From NCBI GenBank assembly GCA_964514285.1, contig CAZEQC010000002.1:18165-82164 (forward strand): 64,000 bases of DNA, in the 5' to 3' direction. The notes beneath the pieces were generated by a model. It was not told where the DNA came from and searched no databases. It saw nothing but the letters and a program-made list of their open reading frames with translations. This DNA is from an uncultured Anaerolineales bacterium. GTDB taxonomy: Bacteria; Chloroflexota; Anaerolineae; B4-G1. Position numbers and translations under genes: made by a program. Positions 27,174 to 37,439 of this stretch are shown here, piece by piece. Position 1 is the first letter of the stretch, and each line of letters opens with the position of its first letter.

Positions 27174-28862
27174 ATGCCTCGAAAACGCTTTCGCTACTTA
27201 GCGGCAATCAGCCTTCTACTCCTGGTCGGCTTCCTGGTGCGTGCTGTCTCTCTGGACGCCCAATCTTTCTGGCGAGATGAGGTGGACGCGCTACGCTTTG
27301 CCACGGCGCCATGGGCGGAGATGCTGAGCAACTTCACCCGACCGGGCTGGAACGGCCCTCTCTACTACCTGTTGCTGCGGGGCTGGATCACGCTCGCGGG
27401 GACGAGCGAGTATGCTATGCGCTTCTTCTCCCTCCTGTTTGGCGTTCTCAGCGCTCCGCTGATCTACGCGCTCGGCCGCCGTCTCTTCAAGTCATCGGTC
27501 GGTGTAACCTCTATGCTACTGATCATCACCTCCCCCTACCTGGTCTGGTACAGTCAAGAGGTGAAGATGTATACACTGGTGTTGAGCCTGGCCTTGTTAG
27601 CCATCTACAGCCTACGCCGCGCCCTTGAGGGAGGCAGCTGGGCATGGTGGGTGGCCCAGATTGCAGCGACCTCCATGGCGTTCTACTCGCACGTCCTGGC
27701 CGCCCTCCTCGTCCCCGTCCAAGTGTTGCTCTGTTTGGCCTGGTGGTCGCAGACGCAGAAGAGATGGCGAGGAGCACTCATCAGTCTAGCATGCCTCACT
27801 TTACCCTATGTGCCGCTAGCCATCTGGCAGGCACCTCTAGCTCTGCAATCTCGTGACACCGGCTTCTATCCCTACTCACTGACGCAGATGACCGCGATTC
27901 TCCTTAACGGCTGGGCGACCGGTGTGAAGGGCTGGGGACATCCTTGGGTGACAGCCCTGTTGAGTTTGCTCGCCGGCGTGGAGGTGCTGAATGCCCTGCC
28001 TGCTCTCGTAGCGATTGTAGGACGATTGCTGATCTCAGTTATCCACCGGTCTCCCCTCCCTTTGATGCGGGCCTCCAGACTGATGAGAGCCCTCGTATCC
28101 CAACGTGACAGGGCTTCAAGGGAACAATCGGAGTGGCGAACAGGCAATCAGGCCCCCCTAGTCCTCATGATCTGGCTTCTGGTTCCCTTGCTAAGTGTGT
28201 GGCTGATCTCACTGCGGCAGCCCCTGTTCACTGATCGTTATCTCATCTGGACCGCACCAGCGTTCTATCTGCTTGTTGCGCTGTCACTGACGTCCCTTGC
28301 CACGATCGAGCACGAGATGCGTTGGATCGTCGTGCCGCTTCTAGTTGCCACCTTGACCATCAATGGTGTGAACCTGCATCAGCAGGCCACCCGGCCGATC
28401 AAATCGGATTTCCGCGCTGCCGCGGCGTACGTAGCCGACTACCAAGAGCCTCCAGAGGCCGACCAACCGGCCCTGGTGGAGGGCAGATTTCGCCACACCG
28501 TGTATCTGCCGATCTTGGCTACGGGCCTCCGGGGTTTCGACAATCTGATCATCTTTCAGATTCCCCACGGGAGGTACACGTTCGACTACTATTTCCCGAT
28601 TGAGGCGTATCCTCAAGCCGAAGGGCTTTATACCAACCATCGAACGCCAGACGGCGAGTATTCTCTGAGCGAGGAGCAAGCCGCGCGTCAGATGAGAGAG
28701 ATGACAAGAGGGTATGAGACAGTATGGCTGGTCGCCACCGAGGTGTCGATGTGGGACGAGCGCAATCTGGTGCAACAATGGCTGAATCAACACGCCAAGC
28801 AGACGACCGAAGCGCACTTCCACCGAGTGGACGTCTATCGATACGAGTTTCCCTATCGCTAG
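27174..28862 (+). CDS. GT39/ArnT-like (PMT_2) membrane glycosyltransferase
   Basis: Polytopic N-terminal half with RDEVDAL in the first loop, typical of GT-C enzymes. Soluble C-terminal domain. Confidence 0.78.
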   Translation: MPRKRFRYLAAISLLLLVGFLVRAVSLDAQSFWRDEVDALRFATAPWAEMLSNFTRPGWNGPLYYLLLRGWITLAGTSEYAMRFFSLLFGVLSAPLIYALGRRLFKSSVGVTSMLLIITSPYLVWYSQEVKMYTLVLSLALLAIYSLRRALEGGSWAWWVAQIAATSMAFYSHVLAALLVPVQVLLCLAWWSQTQKRWRGALISLACLTLPYVPLAIWQAPLALQSRDTGFYPYSLTQMTAILLNGWATGVKGWGHPWVTALLSLLAGVEVLNALPALVAIVGRLLISVIHRSPLPLMRASRLMRALVSQRDRASREQSEWRTGNQAPLVLMIWLLVPLLSVWLISLRQPLFTDRYLIWTAPAFYLLVALSLTSLATIEHEMRWIVVPLLVATLTINGVNLHQQATRPIKSDFRAAAAYVADYQEPPEADQPALVEGRFRHTVYLPILATGLRGFDNLIIFQIPHGRYTFDYYFPIEAYPQAEGLYTNHRTPDGEYSLSEEQAARQMREMTRGYETVWLVATEVSMWDERNLVQQWLNQHAKQTTEAHFHRVDVYRYEFPYR

Positions 28863-28965
28863 CGGCGCGTCCATAGACCGGACATGCCACGTTTTACGTT
28901 TCAGGCCTTAAGGAGTATAATACTGCCTCAGATTCATCGTTTCTTGACGGTCTGGAGGATACCCC

Positions 28966-31434
28966 TTGGAAGCTGAGATCGGTACAGTACAACCCATAGA
29001 CATTGAGCGCGAGATGCGCAGCGCTTATCTTGACTACGCTATGAGCGTCATCATCTCGCGTGCTTTGCCCGATGCCCGTGACGGCCTCAAGCCGGTTCAA
29101 CGGCGCATTCTTTACGCGATGCAGGACCTGGGGCTGCGCCCGGATCGCGCCTACAAAAAATCTGCCCGTATCGTCGGCGACGTGCTGGGCAAGTACCATC
29201 CTCATGGCGATAGCGCCGTTTACAACGCCATGGCACGGATGGCCCAGGACTTCAGCCTGCGGTACCCGCTGGTAGATGGGCACGGGAACTTCGGCTCAAT
29301 CGATGGTGACAGCCCTGCAGCTATGCGCTACACCGAGGCGCGGCTGGATCAGATTGCCACCGAGCTTCTACAGGACATCGATAAAGGCACTGTCGATTGG
29401 GTCGACAACTTCGACGGATCGTTGCAAGAGCCGGAGGTACTGCCAGCTCGGCTTCCCAACCTGCTCGTCAACGGATCCGCCGGAATTGCCGTCGGCATGG
29501 CAACCAACATCCCCCCACATAACCTGACCGAGGTGTGCGACGCCATCGCCCTGCTGATCGACCACTGGGGTAACCCGGACGAGGTGACCCTGGACGATCT
29601 GATGGCTCACGTGAAGGGCCCGGATTTCCCCACCGGTGGCGTTATCGTGGGACGAGAAGGGATCACCCAGACCTATGCGACAGGGCGAGGCCGAATCATC
29701 GTGCGAGCCAAGACACAGATCGAGGAGATGGACGGCGGCCAGCATCGCATTGTGGTCACCGAGATCCCGTACCAGCTCAACAAGACCACGCTGCTGGAAC
29801 GGATTGCGAAGCTGGTTCGGTCGGACCGCCTGACGAGCATTTCTGACCTGCGGGACGAGTCAGATCGACGGGGGCTGAGCATCATCATCGAACTGAAGCG
29901 CGGCACTCAGCCGCGCAAGGCGCTCAACCGGCTGTTCAAGTATACGCCGCTCCAGACCACCTTTGGTGCGCAGATGATGGCCATCGTCGACAATGAGCCC
30001 CAACTCTTGAGCCTCAAGCGAGCGCTCCAACGATATGTTGACCATCGACGCGACGTATTGATCCGCCGCACACAGTACGAACTACAGAAAGCGCAACGTC
30101 GAGCCCACATCCTGGAGGGCTTGCTCACAGCCCTGGATCATCTGGACGCCGTCATCCAGACTATTCGAGAGTCACCGGACGTGAGCACCGCTCGTGAACG
30201 ACTGATAGAGCGCTTCGCTCTCACGGAGATGCAGGCGGAGGCGATTCTCGACATGCCGCTGCGACGCCTGGCAGCGCTCGAGCGGCAGAAGATCGAGGAC
30301 GAGTACGCAGAGTTGAGCGAGGAGATCGCTCGGCTACAGGACTTGTTGGCCTCACCGCACAAGATCCTGCAGCTGATCAAAGATGATCTGAACGACCTGA
30401 AGGAGAGCTACGGTGACGAACGCCGGACGCGCATCATCCACGGCGATGCGGAGCTCGATGAGGAAGACCTGATTGCCGAGGAAGAGATCTTCATCTCGAT
30501 CACGGAAAGAGGTTACATCAAACGTGTGCCGATGGACGTCTACCGGACGCAGCGGCGAGGAGGCCGAGGGGTGATTGGGGTAGACACCCGCGAGGAGGAC
30601 GAAGTGCTCCACTTCTTCCCCGCTCATACCCTCGACTCCATTCTGTTCTTCAGCGACAAGGGAAAAGTGTACCAGAAACGCGCTTACGAGATACCGAGCG
30701 CGGGCCGCACCGCCGAGGGAGATCTGCTGGTCGGGGTCATCAGCCTCGATGCTGACGAGCGAATCACGTCGGCGATTGCTGTGTCGGACTTCGAGGAAGA
30801 AGGCTACCTGACCATGTTCACGAGGCACGGCAGGGTCAAGCGGACAGTTTTAAGCGAGTTCGAGGACGTGCGGCCCAGTGGGCTGATAGCCATTCGACTG
30901 GAAGAAGGGCCTTTCGGGCAGGATGAATTAGGATGGGTCCGTCGCACGGAAGGAGCCCAGGAACTGATCGTCGTCACCGAACAAGGGCAAGCGTTGCGCT
31001 TCCGAGAGAACGAGGTGCGGTCTGTTGGTAGAAACGCCAAGGGCGTATATGCCATCAACTTGGCACCGGGAGACCAAGTGGTGAGTGCGTGTATCGTCGA
31101 TCCCAAGGCCGATCTGCTGACTGTGACAACGAAGGGGTACGGCAAACGGACGCCGCTCAGCGAATTCCGAACCCAAGGACGTTACACAAAAGGGGTGCTC
31201 TGTTTCAGAGGCAAGAACGCAGGGGGCATCGCCGCGGCCGGCGTGGTCCATCCGGAAGATCAGATCACGTTCATCACAGCCGGTGGCATCGCGCTCCGCA
31301 CCCATGCAAAGGAGATATCTCGGCTCGGCCGTGCCACAAGGGGCGTGACGATCATGGATTTGAAGCCAGGGGATGAGATCGCGTCCATGGCCGTCATGGA
31401 GAACGACCGAACAACCCCGGGAGAAGAGGATTGA
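28966..31434 (+). CDS. gyrA: DNA gyrase subunit A
   Basis: [16 protein letters not shown] (catalytic Tyr), and C-terminal beta-pinwheel repeats. Confidence 0.95.
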   Translation: MEAEIGTVQPIDIEREMRSAYLDYAMSVIISRALPDARDGLKPVQRRILYAMQDLGLRPDRAYKKSARIVGDVLGKYHPHGDSAVYNAMARMAQDFSLRYPLVDGHGNFGSIDGDSPAAMRYTEARLDQIATELLQDIDKGTVDWVDNFDGSLQEPEVLPARLPNLLVNGSAGIAVGMATNIPPHNLTEVCDAIALLIDHWGNPDEVTLDDLMAHVKGPDFPTGGVIVGREGITQTYATGRGRIIVRAKTQIEEMDGGQHRIVVTEIPYQLNKTTLLERIAKLVRSDRLTSISDLRDESDRRGLSIIIELKRGTQPRKALNRLFKYTPLQTTFGAQMMAIVDNEPQLLSLKRALQRYVDHRRDVLIRRTQYELQKAQRRAHILEGLLTALDHLDAVIQTIRESPDVSTARERLIERFALTEMQAEAILDMPLRRLAALERQKIEDEYAELSEEIARLQDLLASPHKILQLIKDDLNDLKESYGDERRTRIIHGDAELDEEDLIAEEEIFISITERGYIKRVPMDVYRTQRRGGRGVIGVDTREEDEVLHFFPAHTLDSILFFSDKGKVYQKRAYEIPSAGRTAEGDLLVGVISLDADERITSAIAVSDFEEEGYLTMFTRHGRVKRTVLSEFEDVRPSGLIAIRLEEGPFGQDELGWVRRTEGAQELIVVTEQGQALRFRENEVRSVGRNAKGVYAINLAPGDQVVSACIVDPKADLLTVTTKGYGKRTPLSEFRTQGRYTKGVLCFRGKNAGGIAAAGVVHPEDQITFITAGGIALRTHAKEISRLGRATRGVTIMDLKPGDEIASMAVMENDRTTPGEED

Positions 31435-31444
31435 TAGGTAGCGG

Positions 31445-32833
31445 ATGAGGGACAAAGAGAAAAGCAGTGTAGATCTGCAAATAAGCTCTTGGCAACCAGG
31501 CCAGATGCAGGCCCTCATGCCGGAACCGGATCCTCAGGCCTTGGCCGAAACCTTGGTCGCCTTTGCTAACTCAGACGGCGGGACTATCTTGATCGGCGCC
31601 GATGAAGATGGGAGAATCACCGGACAAGTCTTCACCGATGAGGTGGAAATGGCGCTACAGGCTGCTGTGGAGAAGTGCCGACCACCCGTCGAGGCTCGCT
31701 GGCACCGAGCCACGGCCGAGGACGGGCCGGTCTTCTCCATCGTGGTCAACCGGAGCCCCGAACTCCACAGCCTAGCTGACGGGCGCGTCCTGGTCCGCAC
31801 AGGGATGGAGAACCGCCCCCTCAGTGGAGAGGAGATCCGCCAGCTGGCTGCCACCAAGTCTACCGGAGACTTTGAGTCGGAGCTAGCACCAGGAGCCGAG
31901 CGCAGCGATTTCGACGACGTCGTCGTGGAGGCGTTTGTCGAGAAATGGAAAGAGCGCCAGCATCGAGAGTGGACCCGATCAGTGGACGACCTTTTGCTCG
32001 AGATGGGGGCTATGACCGAGGATGGTCACCCGACTGTCGCGGGTGTACTGCTGTTCGCCTCCAACCCTCAGATCTTTTTTCCACAAAGCGGGCTCACATT
32101 CGTGAAGTTCATCGGACGGGAACCTCGAGGCGCGGATGGCTATCCTGGCTATGGACGTCGAGAAGAGATCGGGGGCCCGCTACCTAAGATCATACAGAGA
32201 GCTTGGCAAGTGGTCGGGGAGGAGATGCGCAAGGGGGCAGTGGTCACCGAGCTTGAGCGAAAGGAGCGCACTGAATACCCCGTTTCGGCGGTGCGGGAGG
32301 CGTTGGTCAACGCCGTGGCGCACCGCGACTATCGCCTGCGTGGTCGTCGTATCGAAGTGCGTATGTTCTCGGACCGGATGGAGATCACGAGCCCTGGTGG
32401 GTTGCCGGGGTTCATCACCGTGGACAACATCGTCGATGAGCACTTCTCACGCAATCCGCGGATCGTCTCTGGGCTTTATCAGTGGGGTTATATCGAAGAG
32501 TTGGGATTGGGCGTCGACCTGATGATCGACGAGATGGTACGGGCTGGTCATCCTCCCCCCAGGTTCAAGGATAGTCCCTATGCCTTTGGCGTGACGCTCT
32601 ACAACGTCCTTGAGCGTGAGCCTCAACCTGAATGGGCCGGGCGTGTGAGCGAGCGCCAGGCCAAGGCTCTCGCCTACGCGGAGAAGAATGGTCGTATCAC
32701 CAACCGCGAGTACCGTGATATTTGTCCGGGTCTGAGCGCTGAAACGCTGCGTTTGGACCTCGCCGAGCTGGTGGACAGGGGGTTATTGCTCAAGGTTGGG
32801 GCCAAGAGAGGAACCTACTACATCTTGAAATGA
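31445..32833 (+). CDS. COG2865-type ATP-binding regulator (AlbA_2/Schlafen-like N-domain, HATPase_c_4, C-terminal winged HTH)
   Basis: VAFANSDGGTILIGADEDGRITG; AVREALVNAVAHRDY...EITSPGGLP; C-terminal ITNREYRDI...LVDRGLLLKVG. Only 10 nt after the gyrA stop. Confidence 0.75.
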   Translation: MRDKEKSSVDLQISSWQPGQMQALMPEPDPQALAETLVAFANSDGGTILIGADEDGRITGQVFTDEVEMALQAAVEKCRPPVEARWHRATAEDGPVFSIVVNRSPELHSLADGRVLVRTGMENRPLSGEEIRQLAATKSTGDFESELAPGAERSDFDDVVVEAFVEKWKERQHREWTRSVDDLLLEMGAMTEDGHPTVAGVLLFASNPQIFFPQSGLTFVKFIGREPRGADGYPGYGRREEIGGPLPKIIQRAWQVVGEEMRKGAVVTELERKERTEYPVSAVREALVNAVAHRDYRLRGRRIEVRMFSDRMEITSPGGLPGFITVDNIVDEHFSRNPRIVSGLYQWGYIEELGLGVDLMIDEMVRAGHPPPRFKDSPYAFGVTLYNVLEREPQPEWAGRVSERQAKALAYAEKNGRITNREYRDICPGLSAETLRLDLAELVDRGLLLKVGAKRGTYYILK

Positions 32834-32848
32834 CCAGCACAACTCGTT

Positions 32849-32889
32849 TATCCCAAGAATATCCCAAATTATCCCAAATTATCCCAAAT
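32849..32889. repeat. Head-to-tail decamer array: TATCCCAAGAA followed by 3 perfect TATCCCAAAT units
   Basis: Read directly from the sequence: 32860-32889 is three identical 10-nt units. Lies in the 88-nt intergenic region before DUF2079. Confidence 0.9.
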
Positions 32890-32921
32890 AGCAGCATCCT
32901 GGAGGATCCACGTAGGCATCA

Positions 32922-34781
32922 ATGAGCGTGAAGCGTTTTCTTAACCATCTTCGACCCATGGACTGGCTTGCCATCGCCTTATTGCTGCTCTATGTGGCAG
33001 GTTTCTCGTGGATGGCCATCCGCCAGCACGAGAGCTTCCAGACAAACGCTCTTGACCTAGCCAAATTCGATCAGGCGATCTGGAACACCGCTCAGGGCCG
33101 CCCCTACAAGATCTCGCTCATTCAGCAATCCATCGTCCAAAGCCACTTTTCCCCTATTCTGGCGGTTTACGCACCGCTTTACTGGCTCTGGCCGGATATT
33201 CGTCTGCTTCTGATCATACAGTCGATCTGTCTGGCAGGTGCGGGATTCCTCATCTACTGGTTTTTTCGCGAGAGCGCACCATGGCTCGGGTTAAGTGTGT
33301 TCGTGGCGTATATGTTGCACCCGACCCTGCACCACGTAAACCTGTCCGAGTTTAGGCGGGTGACCACGGCTGTGCTGGGCACCTCGGCAGCGCTCTATTG
33401 CCTCTTCAGGCGCCGCTACAGATCTATGGCCGTGGGATTAGCTGTCGCGCTGTTGAGCAAAGAAAACGCAGCATTCCTGGTGATCGGCACAGGTCTTTAC
33501 CTCGTCTTCGTTCATGCGGAGCTGACCATCGGGCTGCCGGTGCTTCTGGTGGGCGCGGCTTGGCTGGTTGTGGTGCCTTTTGTGGTGCTGCCTGCGTTGG
33601 GCACCCCCCAGTTCCTCTCCAAGAACACCGGATACTCCCTAGCCGGGAAGTACTTCTCCTATCTGGGGCGCTCACCAGCCGAGATGCTGCGGACGCTCTT
33701 GCGGCATCCTGGAGCCCCTCTGACATACGTCCTGCGCCCCAAGCGCCTGAGGGCAGTCCTGCGGTTCTGCTGGCCTACCGGTTTTCTTTTCCTGCTGGCC
33801 CCGGAGGTGGCCCTCTTCGGGTTGCCCTTTCTGGGCTATCTGATGGCCAGCAATTCCGACGCGATGGGACAGTTGGCCGCCTGGTACCCAGCCTTACTCC
33901 TGCCCCTGGTCTACTGGGCAGCTGCGGTGGGGTTATCTCGCCTGCACGACCATTGGCGTGCGGGGGCATTGATCATCCTCCTCTTGACGGCAACCACGGG
34001 CTACGTGACGCTGAGTGAGATCCGTCCCGAGCGGTGGCCTACTATGACACGCTTCAGAGTGACCGAGCACCACCGTCAAGTTGAGCTTGCGCTGAGTGAG
34101 GTTCCGAAGGACGCCGTCGTGGTCGCTCAGGATTCTTTGGTGCCTCATCTCTCGCATCGAGAGCAGATCTACCTCTTCCCCTGGTTTCCTGCAGATCCTC
34201 CTCCCGAGTATATTATCCTGGATCGAAAGATGAGGACCTATCCGGTGGAAAGGCCCGCTTATCGGACGCTCTTCCACAACCTGCTGGCAGGTACAGAGTA
34301 CGAGATCGACCAACAGATTGACAGCTTCATCATCTTCCGCTATGGAGGGGAGGTCCGGCCAGTGTGGGAGCACTCAGCAAGGTTTGGGGAGCACTTCAGG
34401 TTGAAGGGATACAGTATTGCCGCGGCCCCGCCAGGAGAGGCTTTTGGCTCGATCTCGGAGCAACTTCCCGCCGGGTCAACGGTGCGACTCTCCCTGTTCT
34501 GGCAAGTTGATCAACCCACTGAAGAGAACTACACCGTCTTCGTCCATGCATTGACCCAAGACGCGCATCTACTGGCCCAACACGATGGTTGGCCCGCCAA
34601 CGCGCATCGTCCAACCAGCGTGTTGCCGGGCGGCACGGTCTTTCGTGACATTCACTATCTCACCTTTCCTCAAGCGACACCCAGCGATGTGGTGCTACAC
34701 GTCGGGCTCTACGATAGCAAAGGAGATCGCCTACTGACCCAAGGAGATCAAACATCTGTCACGTTTCCTCTTTCCCGATGA
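32922..34781 (+). CDS. DUF2079-family polytopic membrane protein
   Basis: 619 aa. N-terminal SFQTNALDLAKFDQAIWNT motif typical of DUF2079, many TM helices, soluble C-terminal domain. Confidence 0.75.
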   Translation: MSVKRFLNHLRPMDWLAIALLLLYVAGFSWMAIRQHESFQTNALDLAKFDQAIWNTAQGRPYKISLIQQSIVQSHFSPILAVYAPLYWLWPDIRLLLIIQSICLAGAGFLIYWFFRESAPWLGLSVFVAYMLHPTLHHVNLSEFRRVTTAVLGTSAALYCLFRRRYRSMAVGLAVALLSKENAAFLVIGTGLYLVFVHAELTIGLPVLLVGAAWLVVVPFVVLPALGTPQFLSKNTGYSLAGKYFSYLGRSPAEMLRTLLRHPGAPLTYVLRPKRLRAVLRFCWPTGFLFLLAPEVALFGLPFLGYLMASNSDAMGQLAAWYPALLLPLVYWAAAVGLSRLHDHWRAGALIILLLTATTGYVTLSEIRPERWPTMTRFRVTEHHRQVELALSEVPKDAVVVAQDSLVPHLSHREQIYLFPWFPADPPPEYIILDRKMRTYPVERPAYRTLFHNLLAGTEYEIDQQIDSFIIFRYGGEVRPVWEHSARFGEHFRLKGYSIAAAPPGEAFGSISEQLPAGSTVRLSLFWQVDQPTEENYTVFVHALTQDAHLLAQHDGWPANAHRPTSVLPGGTVFRDIHYLTFPQATPSDVVLHVGLYDSKGDRLLTQGDQTSVTFPLSR

Positions 34782-34912
34782 AAAGGGACGCCGGTGAGAC
34801 GAATTGGGATTGCTTCGAAGAAGAAGCGCCGCCTCACGATCCCGATTAGTGATCGCTAGACACGAGAAGCTGCAAGCTGTTTGCGGTCACCTTCGAAGTG
34901 CGTAACGCTAGG

Positions 34913-34952
34913 TGGGATTTTATCCCAAATTATCCCAAATCTGATTTGGGAT
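34913..34952. promoter_or_regulatory. Operator-like cluster of the same motif upstream of the acyl-CoA dehydrogenase gene
   Basis: TGGGAT-TTT-ATCCCAAAT-T-ATCCCAAAT-CTG-ATTTGGGAT: two perfect decamers plus a perfect 9-bp inverted repeat with 3-nt spacer. Ends 42 nt before ATG 34994. Confidence 0.7.
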
Positions 34953-34993
34953 ACGTTTGGGCGCAGATTTCAGATGATCAAGGAGGCTCCGAG

Positions 34994-36163
34994 ATGGATC
35001 TGCAACTGAGCGACGAACATCGTATGATCCGTGATATGGCCCGTGACTTCGCTGAAGCCGAGATCGCCCCCATCGCAGCCGAGTACGATGAGACCGGCGA
35101 ATTCCCGCGGGAGACCATCGCCAAGATGGGAGCCCATGGATTTATGGGCATCGCCGTGCCAGAGGAATACGGCGGCGCCGATATGGACACCTTAGCCTAC
35201 GTGCTGGCTCTGGAGGAGATCTCCAAGGTCGACGCCTCCCACGGGGTCATCATGTCGGTCTGTAACTCCCTCTTCTGCTACGGTCTCCAACGGTACGGGA
35301 CGGAGGAACAGAAACAGACCTATCTACAAGCGGTTGCCAGCGGCAAGGCTGTCGGGGCCTATGCCCTGACTGAACCCCAGTCTGGGTCCGACGCCGGCAA
35401 CATCCGTGTGACAGCAGAGATCTCCAGCGATGGGACACACTACGTGATCAACGGCACCAAGTCTTGGATCTCAAGCGGGTCGGTGGCGAAATACATCCTT
35501 CTCTTTGCCCAGAGTGACCCCGACGTGAAGCCCCGCCATCGGGGAGTAAGCGCGTTCATCATCGATACCGACCGGCCGGGGTTCTCCCAAGGGAAGACCG
35601 AGCCCAAGCTGGGCATCCGAGCTTCAGCCACGTGTGAGATCCATTTTGAGGACTACACGTGTCCCGTAGAAGCCCGGCTCGGGGAGGAGGGGCAGGGTTT
35701 CTATATCGCCATGGCGGTGCTGGACGCGGGGCGCATTGGTATCGCCGCCCAGGCCTTGGGCATCGCCGAGGCAGCCTATGAGGCCTCTCTGGAGTATGTT
35801 CGAGAACGCAAGGCTTTCGGGCAGGAGATCGGCAAGTTCCAGATGATTCAGCAGAAGATAGCGGATATGAAGATCCGCATTGAGGCCAGCAGACTGCTGA
35901 TCTACCAAGCGGCGCTGGCCAAGGAAGCAGCCCACGAGACAGGTGATCGATACACACAGGAGTCCTGCATAGCCAAGACGTTCGCCTCCGAGACAGCGAT
36001 GTGGGTCACCACGCAGGCCATCCAGATCCATGGAGGCATGGGGTACAGCAAGGAGTTGTCCGTCGAGCGCTACTTCCGCGACGCCAAGGTCACAGAGATC
36101 TACGAGGGCACCAGTGAGATACAACGCATGGTGATCGCGCGGATGGAGACGGGGTTGCGATAG
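34994..36163 (+). CDS. Acyl-CoA dehydrogenase (short/medium-chain, butyryl-CoA dehydrogenase-like)
   Basis: Typical ACAD sequence (YALTEPQSGSDA, IYEGTSEIQR). ATG 34994 is preceded by AAGGAGG; the tracked upstream extension covers the repeat region. Confidence 0.9.
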   Translation: MDLQLSDEHRMIRDMARDFAEAEIAPIAAEYDETGEFPRETIAKMGAHGFMGIAVPEEYGGADMDTLAYVLALEEISKVDASHGVIMSVCNSLFCYGLQRYGTEEQKQTYLQAVASGKAVGAYALTEPQSGSDAGNIRVTAEISSDGTHYVINGTKSWISSGSVAKYILLFAQSDPDVKPRHRGVSAFIIDTDRPGFSQGKTEPKLGIRASATCEIHFEDYTCPVEARLGEEGQGFYIAMAVLDAGRIGIAAQALGIAEAAYEASLEYVRERKAFGQEIGKFQMIQQKIADMKIRIEASRLLIYQAALAKEAAHETGDRYTQESCIAKTFASETAMWVTTQAIQIHGGMGYSKELSVERYFRDAKVTEIYEGTSEIQRMVIARMETGLR

Positions 36164-36191
36164 GACCGCCGAGGGTTCTCCGTCGAATGGT

Positions 36192-36677
36192 ATGGAAACG
36201 GTCGTGCTCACGGATGAGGAGGGCCTTCGCTTCGTGAGCACTTGGAAAGAGCTCACGGCAGGGCAGAAGTGGGTCGTGGTGTTGACGGGGCTTACCCTGA
36301 CACTGACCGTAGGCAACGCTGGGAGAGCTATTGTTGCCCTCCAGTATGCATCCAGCCTGCCCGATCTGCCATTGACAGTGTCACTCAGTTATTTTGCGGC
36401 GATGGGGGGCTTCTGGGCGGTCGTGTTCGCCGCTTGCAGCGTGGGCCTGTTGCGTTTCCGCAGCTGGGGCCGGTGGTCTACATTGACAGCGGTAACCCTC
36501 TATGAAGCAAACGTCTGGGTCAATCACTTACTGTTCAACGCATCGGACTACGCGCGCCGGGTGGTGCCTCGGAACCTGGCGCTCACGGCGCTTCTGCTGC
36601 TGGTCTTCTGGGGATCGCTCAGCCTACCCGGCGTAAGCAGGACGTTTGACAACCATGAGAAACAGGATCAGTCGTAA
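36192..36677 (+). CDS. Hypothetical 4-TM membrane protein
   Basis: ORF with four hydrophobic segments. No family recognised. Confidence 0.45.
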   Translation: METVVLTDEEGLRFVSTWKELTAGQKWVVVLTGLTLTLTVGNAGRAIVALQYASSLPDLPLTVSLSYFAAMGGFWAVVFAACSVGLLRFRSWGRWSTLTAVTLYEANVWVNHLLFNASDYARRVVPRNLALTALLLLVFWGSLSLPGVSRTFDNHEKQDQS

Positions 36678-36722
36678 GGCCCAACCTGTGAACGACAAAG
36701 CACGAGACGAGGAGAGTGCTCA

Positions 36723-37262
36723 ATGATGAACCTATGGCACGAGCTTCCATCAGGTCCCAACTGGCCTGAGATCATCTACGTCGTGGTAGAGATCCCGAAG
36801 AAATCGCGCAACAAATATGAGTACGATGAGGATGGGGGGTTCATCAAGCTTGACCGGGTGCTTTTCTCGTCCCTCCATTATCCTGGAGACTACGGCTTTG
36901 TTCCCCGCACGCTCCATGCAGACGGGGACCCCCTTGACGTGCTGGTCATGACCAACGAACCGACCTTTTCCAGCTGCGTCATAGAGGCTCGGCCACTGGG
37001 GGTCTTCCGCCTGCTAGACAAGGGCGACAACGACGACAAGATCCTGGCCGTACCGCACACCGATCCGCTTTTCAACGAGTATCGGGACCTCGACGACGTG
37101 CCGATACACTTTATGGAGGAGATGGCCCATTTCTTCAGCGTCTACAAGGATCTAGAGATGGCCGAGGTCGAGATCGAAGGCTGGGACGATCAAGACGACG
37201 CCTACGAGGAGATCGAGAGAGCCGTGGACCGGTACTGGGAGTATATGCAGGGGCGCGTTTAG
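36723..37262 (+). CDS. ppa: Inorganic pyrophosphatase (family I)
   Basis: EIPKKSRNKYEYD, YPGDYGFVPRT and DGDPLDVLV motifs. Confidence 0.92.
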   Translation: MMNLWHELPSGPNWPEIIYVVVEIPKKSRNKYEYDEDGGFIKLDRVLFSSLHYPGDYGFVPRTLHADGDPLDVLVMTNEPTFSSCVIEARPLGVFRLLDKGDNDDKILAVPHTDPLFNEYRDLDDVPIHFMEEMAHFFSVYKDLEMAEVEIEGWDDQDDAYEEIERAVDRYWEYMQGRV

Positions 37263-37275
37263 GCATTCCCCGTGC

Positions 37276-37304
37276 TTGCAAGCAGAGTGGAACTATGGTA
37301 GAAT
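37276..37304 (+). promoter_or_regulatory. Promoter of the tRNA-Cys/tRNA-Leu unit
   Basis: TTGCAA, 17-nt spacer, TAGAAT. Ends 12 nt before the tRNA-Cys 5' end. Confidence 0.6.
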
Positions 37305-37316
37305 CTCAACAGATCA

Positions 37317-37388
37317 GGCGGCGTAGCCAAGTGGCAAGGCAGGACTCTGCAAAAGTCCCACTCGCCGGTTCGAATCCGGCCGCCGCCT
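37317..37388 (+). tRNA. tRNA-Cys (GCA)
   Basis: Hand-folded cloverleaf: acceptor GGCGGCG/CGCCGCC, anticodon arm GGACT-CTGCAAA-AGTCC, T arm GCCGG-TTCGAAT-CCGGC, U73 discriminator. No encoded CCA. Confidence 0.9.
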
Positions 37389-37406
37389 CTTTTCGTTGAT
37401 ATCGAC

Positions 37407-37431
37407 CGCGGGCAGCTTGAGGCTGCCCGCG
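37407..37431 (+). other. Perfect 10-bp GC-rich hairpin in the tRNA spacer
   Basis: CGCGGGCAGC-TTGAG-GCTGCCCGCG. No U-tract on either strand. Confidence 0.5.
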
Positions 37432-37439
37432 CTGTGTGC

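Noticed and set aside
32849-32889. The decamer array as a CRISPR array.
   Set aside because: The units are 10 nt, directly abutting with no spacers, and no cas genes are in the window.
32849-34952. The decamer arrays as DnaA boxes or an oriC next to gyrA (TTATCCCAA matches 7 of 9 positions of TTATCCACA).
   Set aside because: The two mismatches fall in the most conserved box positions. No AT-rich unwinding element is evident. Genes on both sides of the arrays are on the same (+) strand, so there is no orientation switch. GC skew cannot be computed here, so this is not fully excluded.
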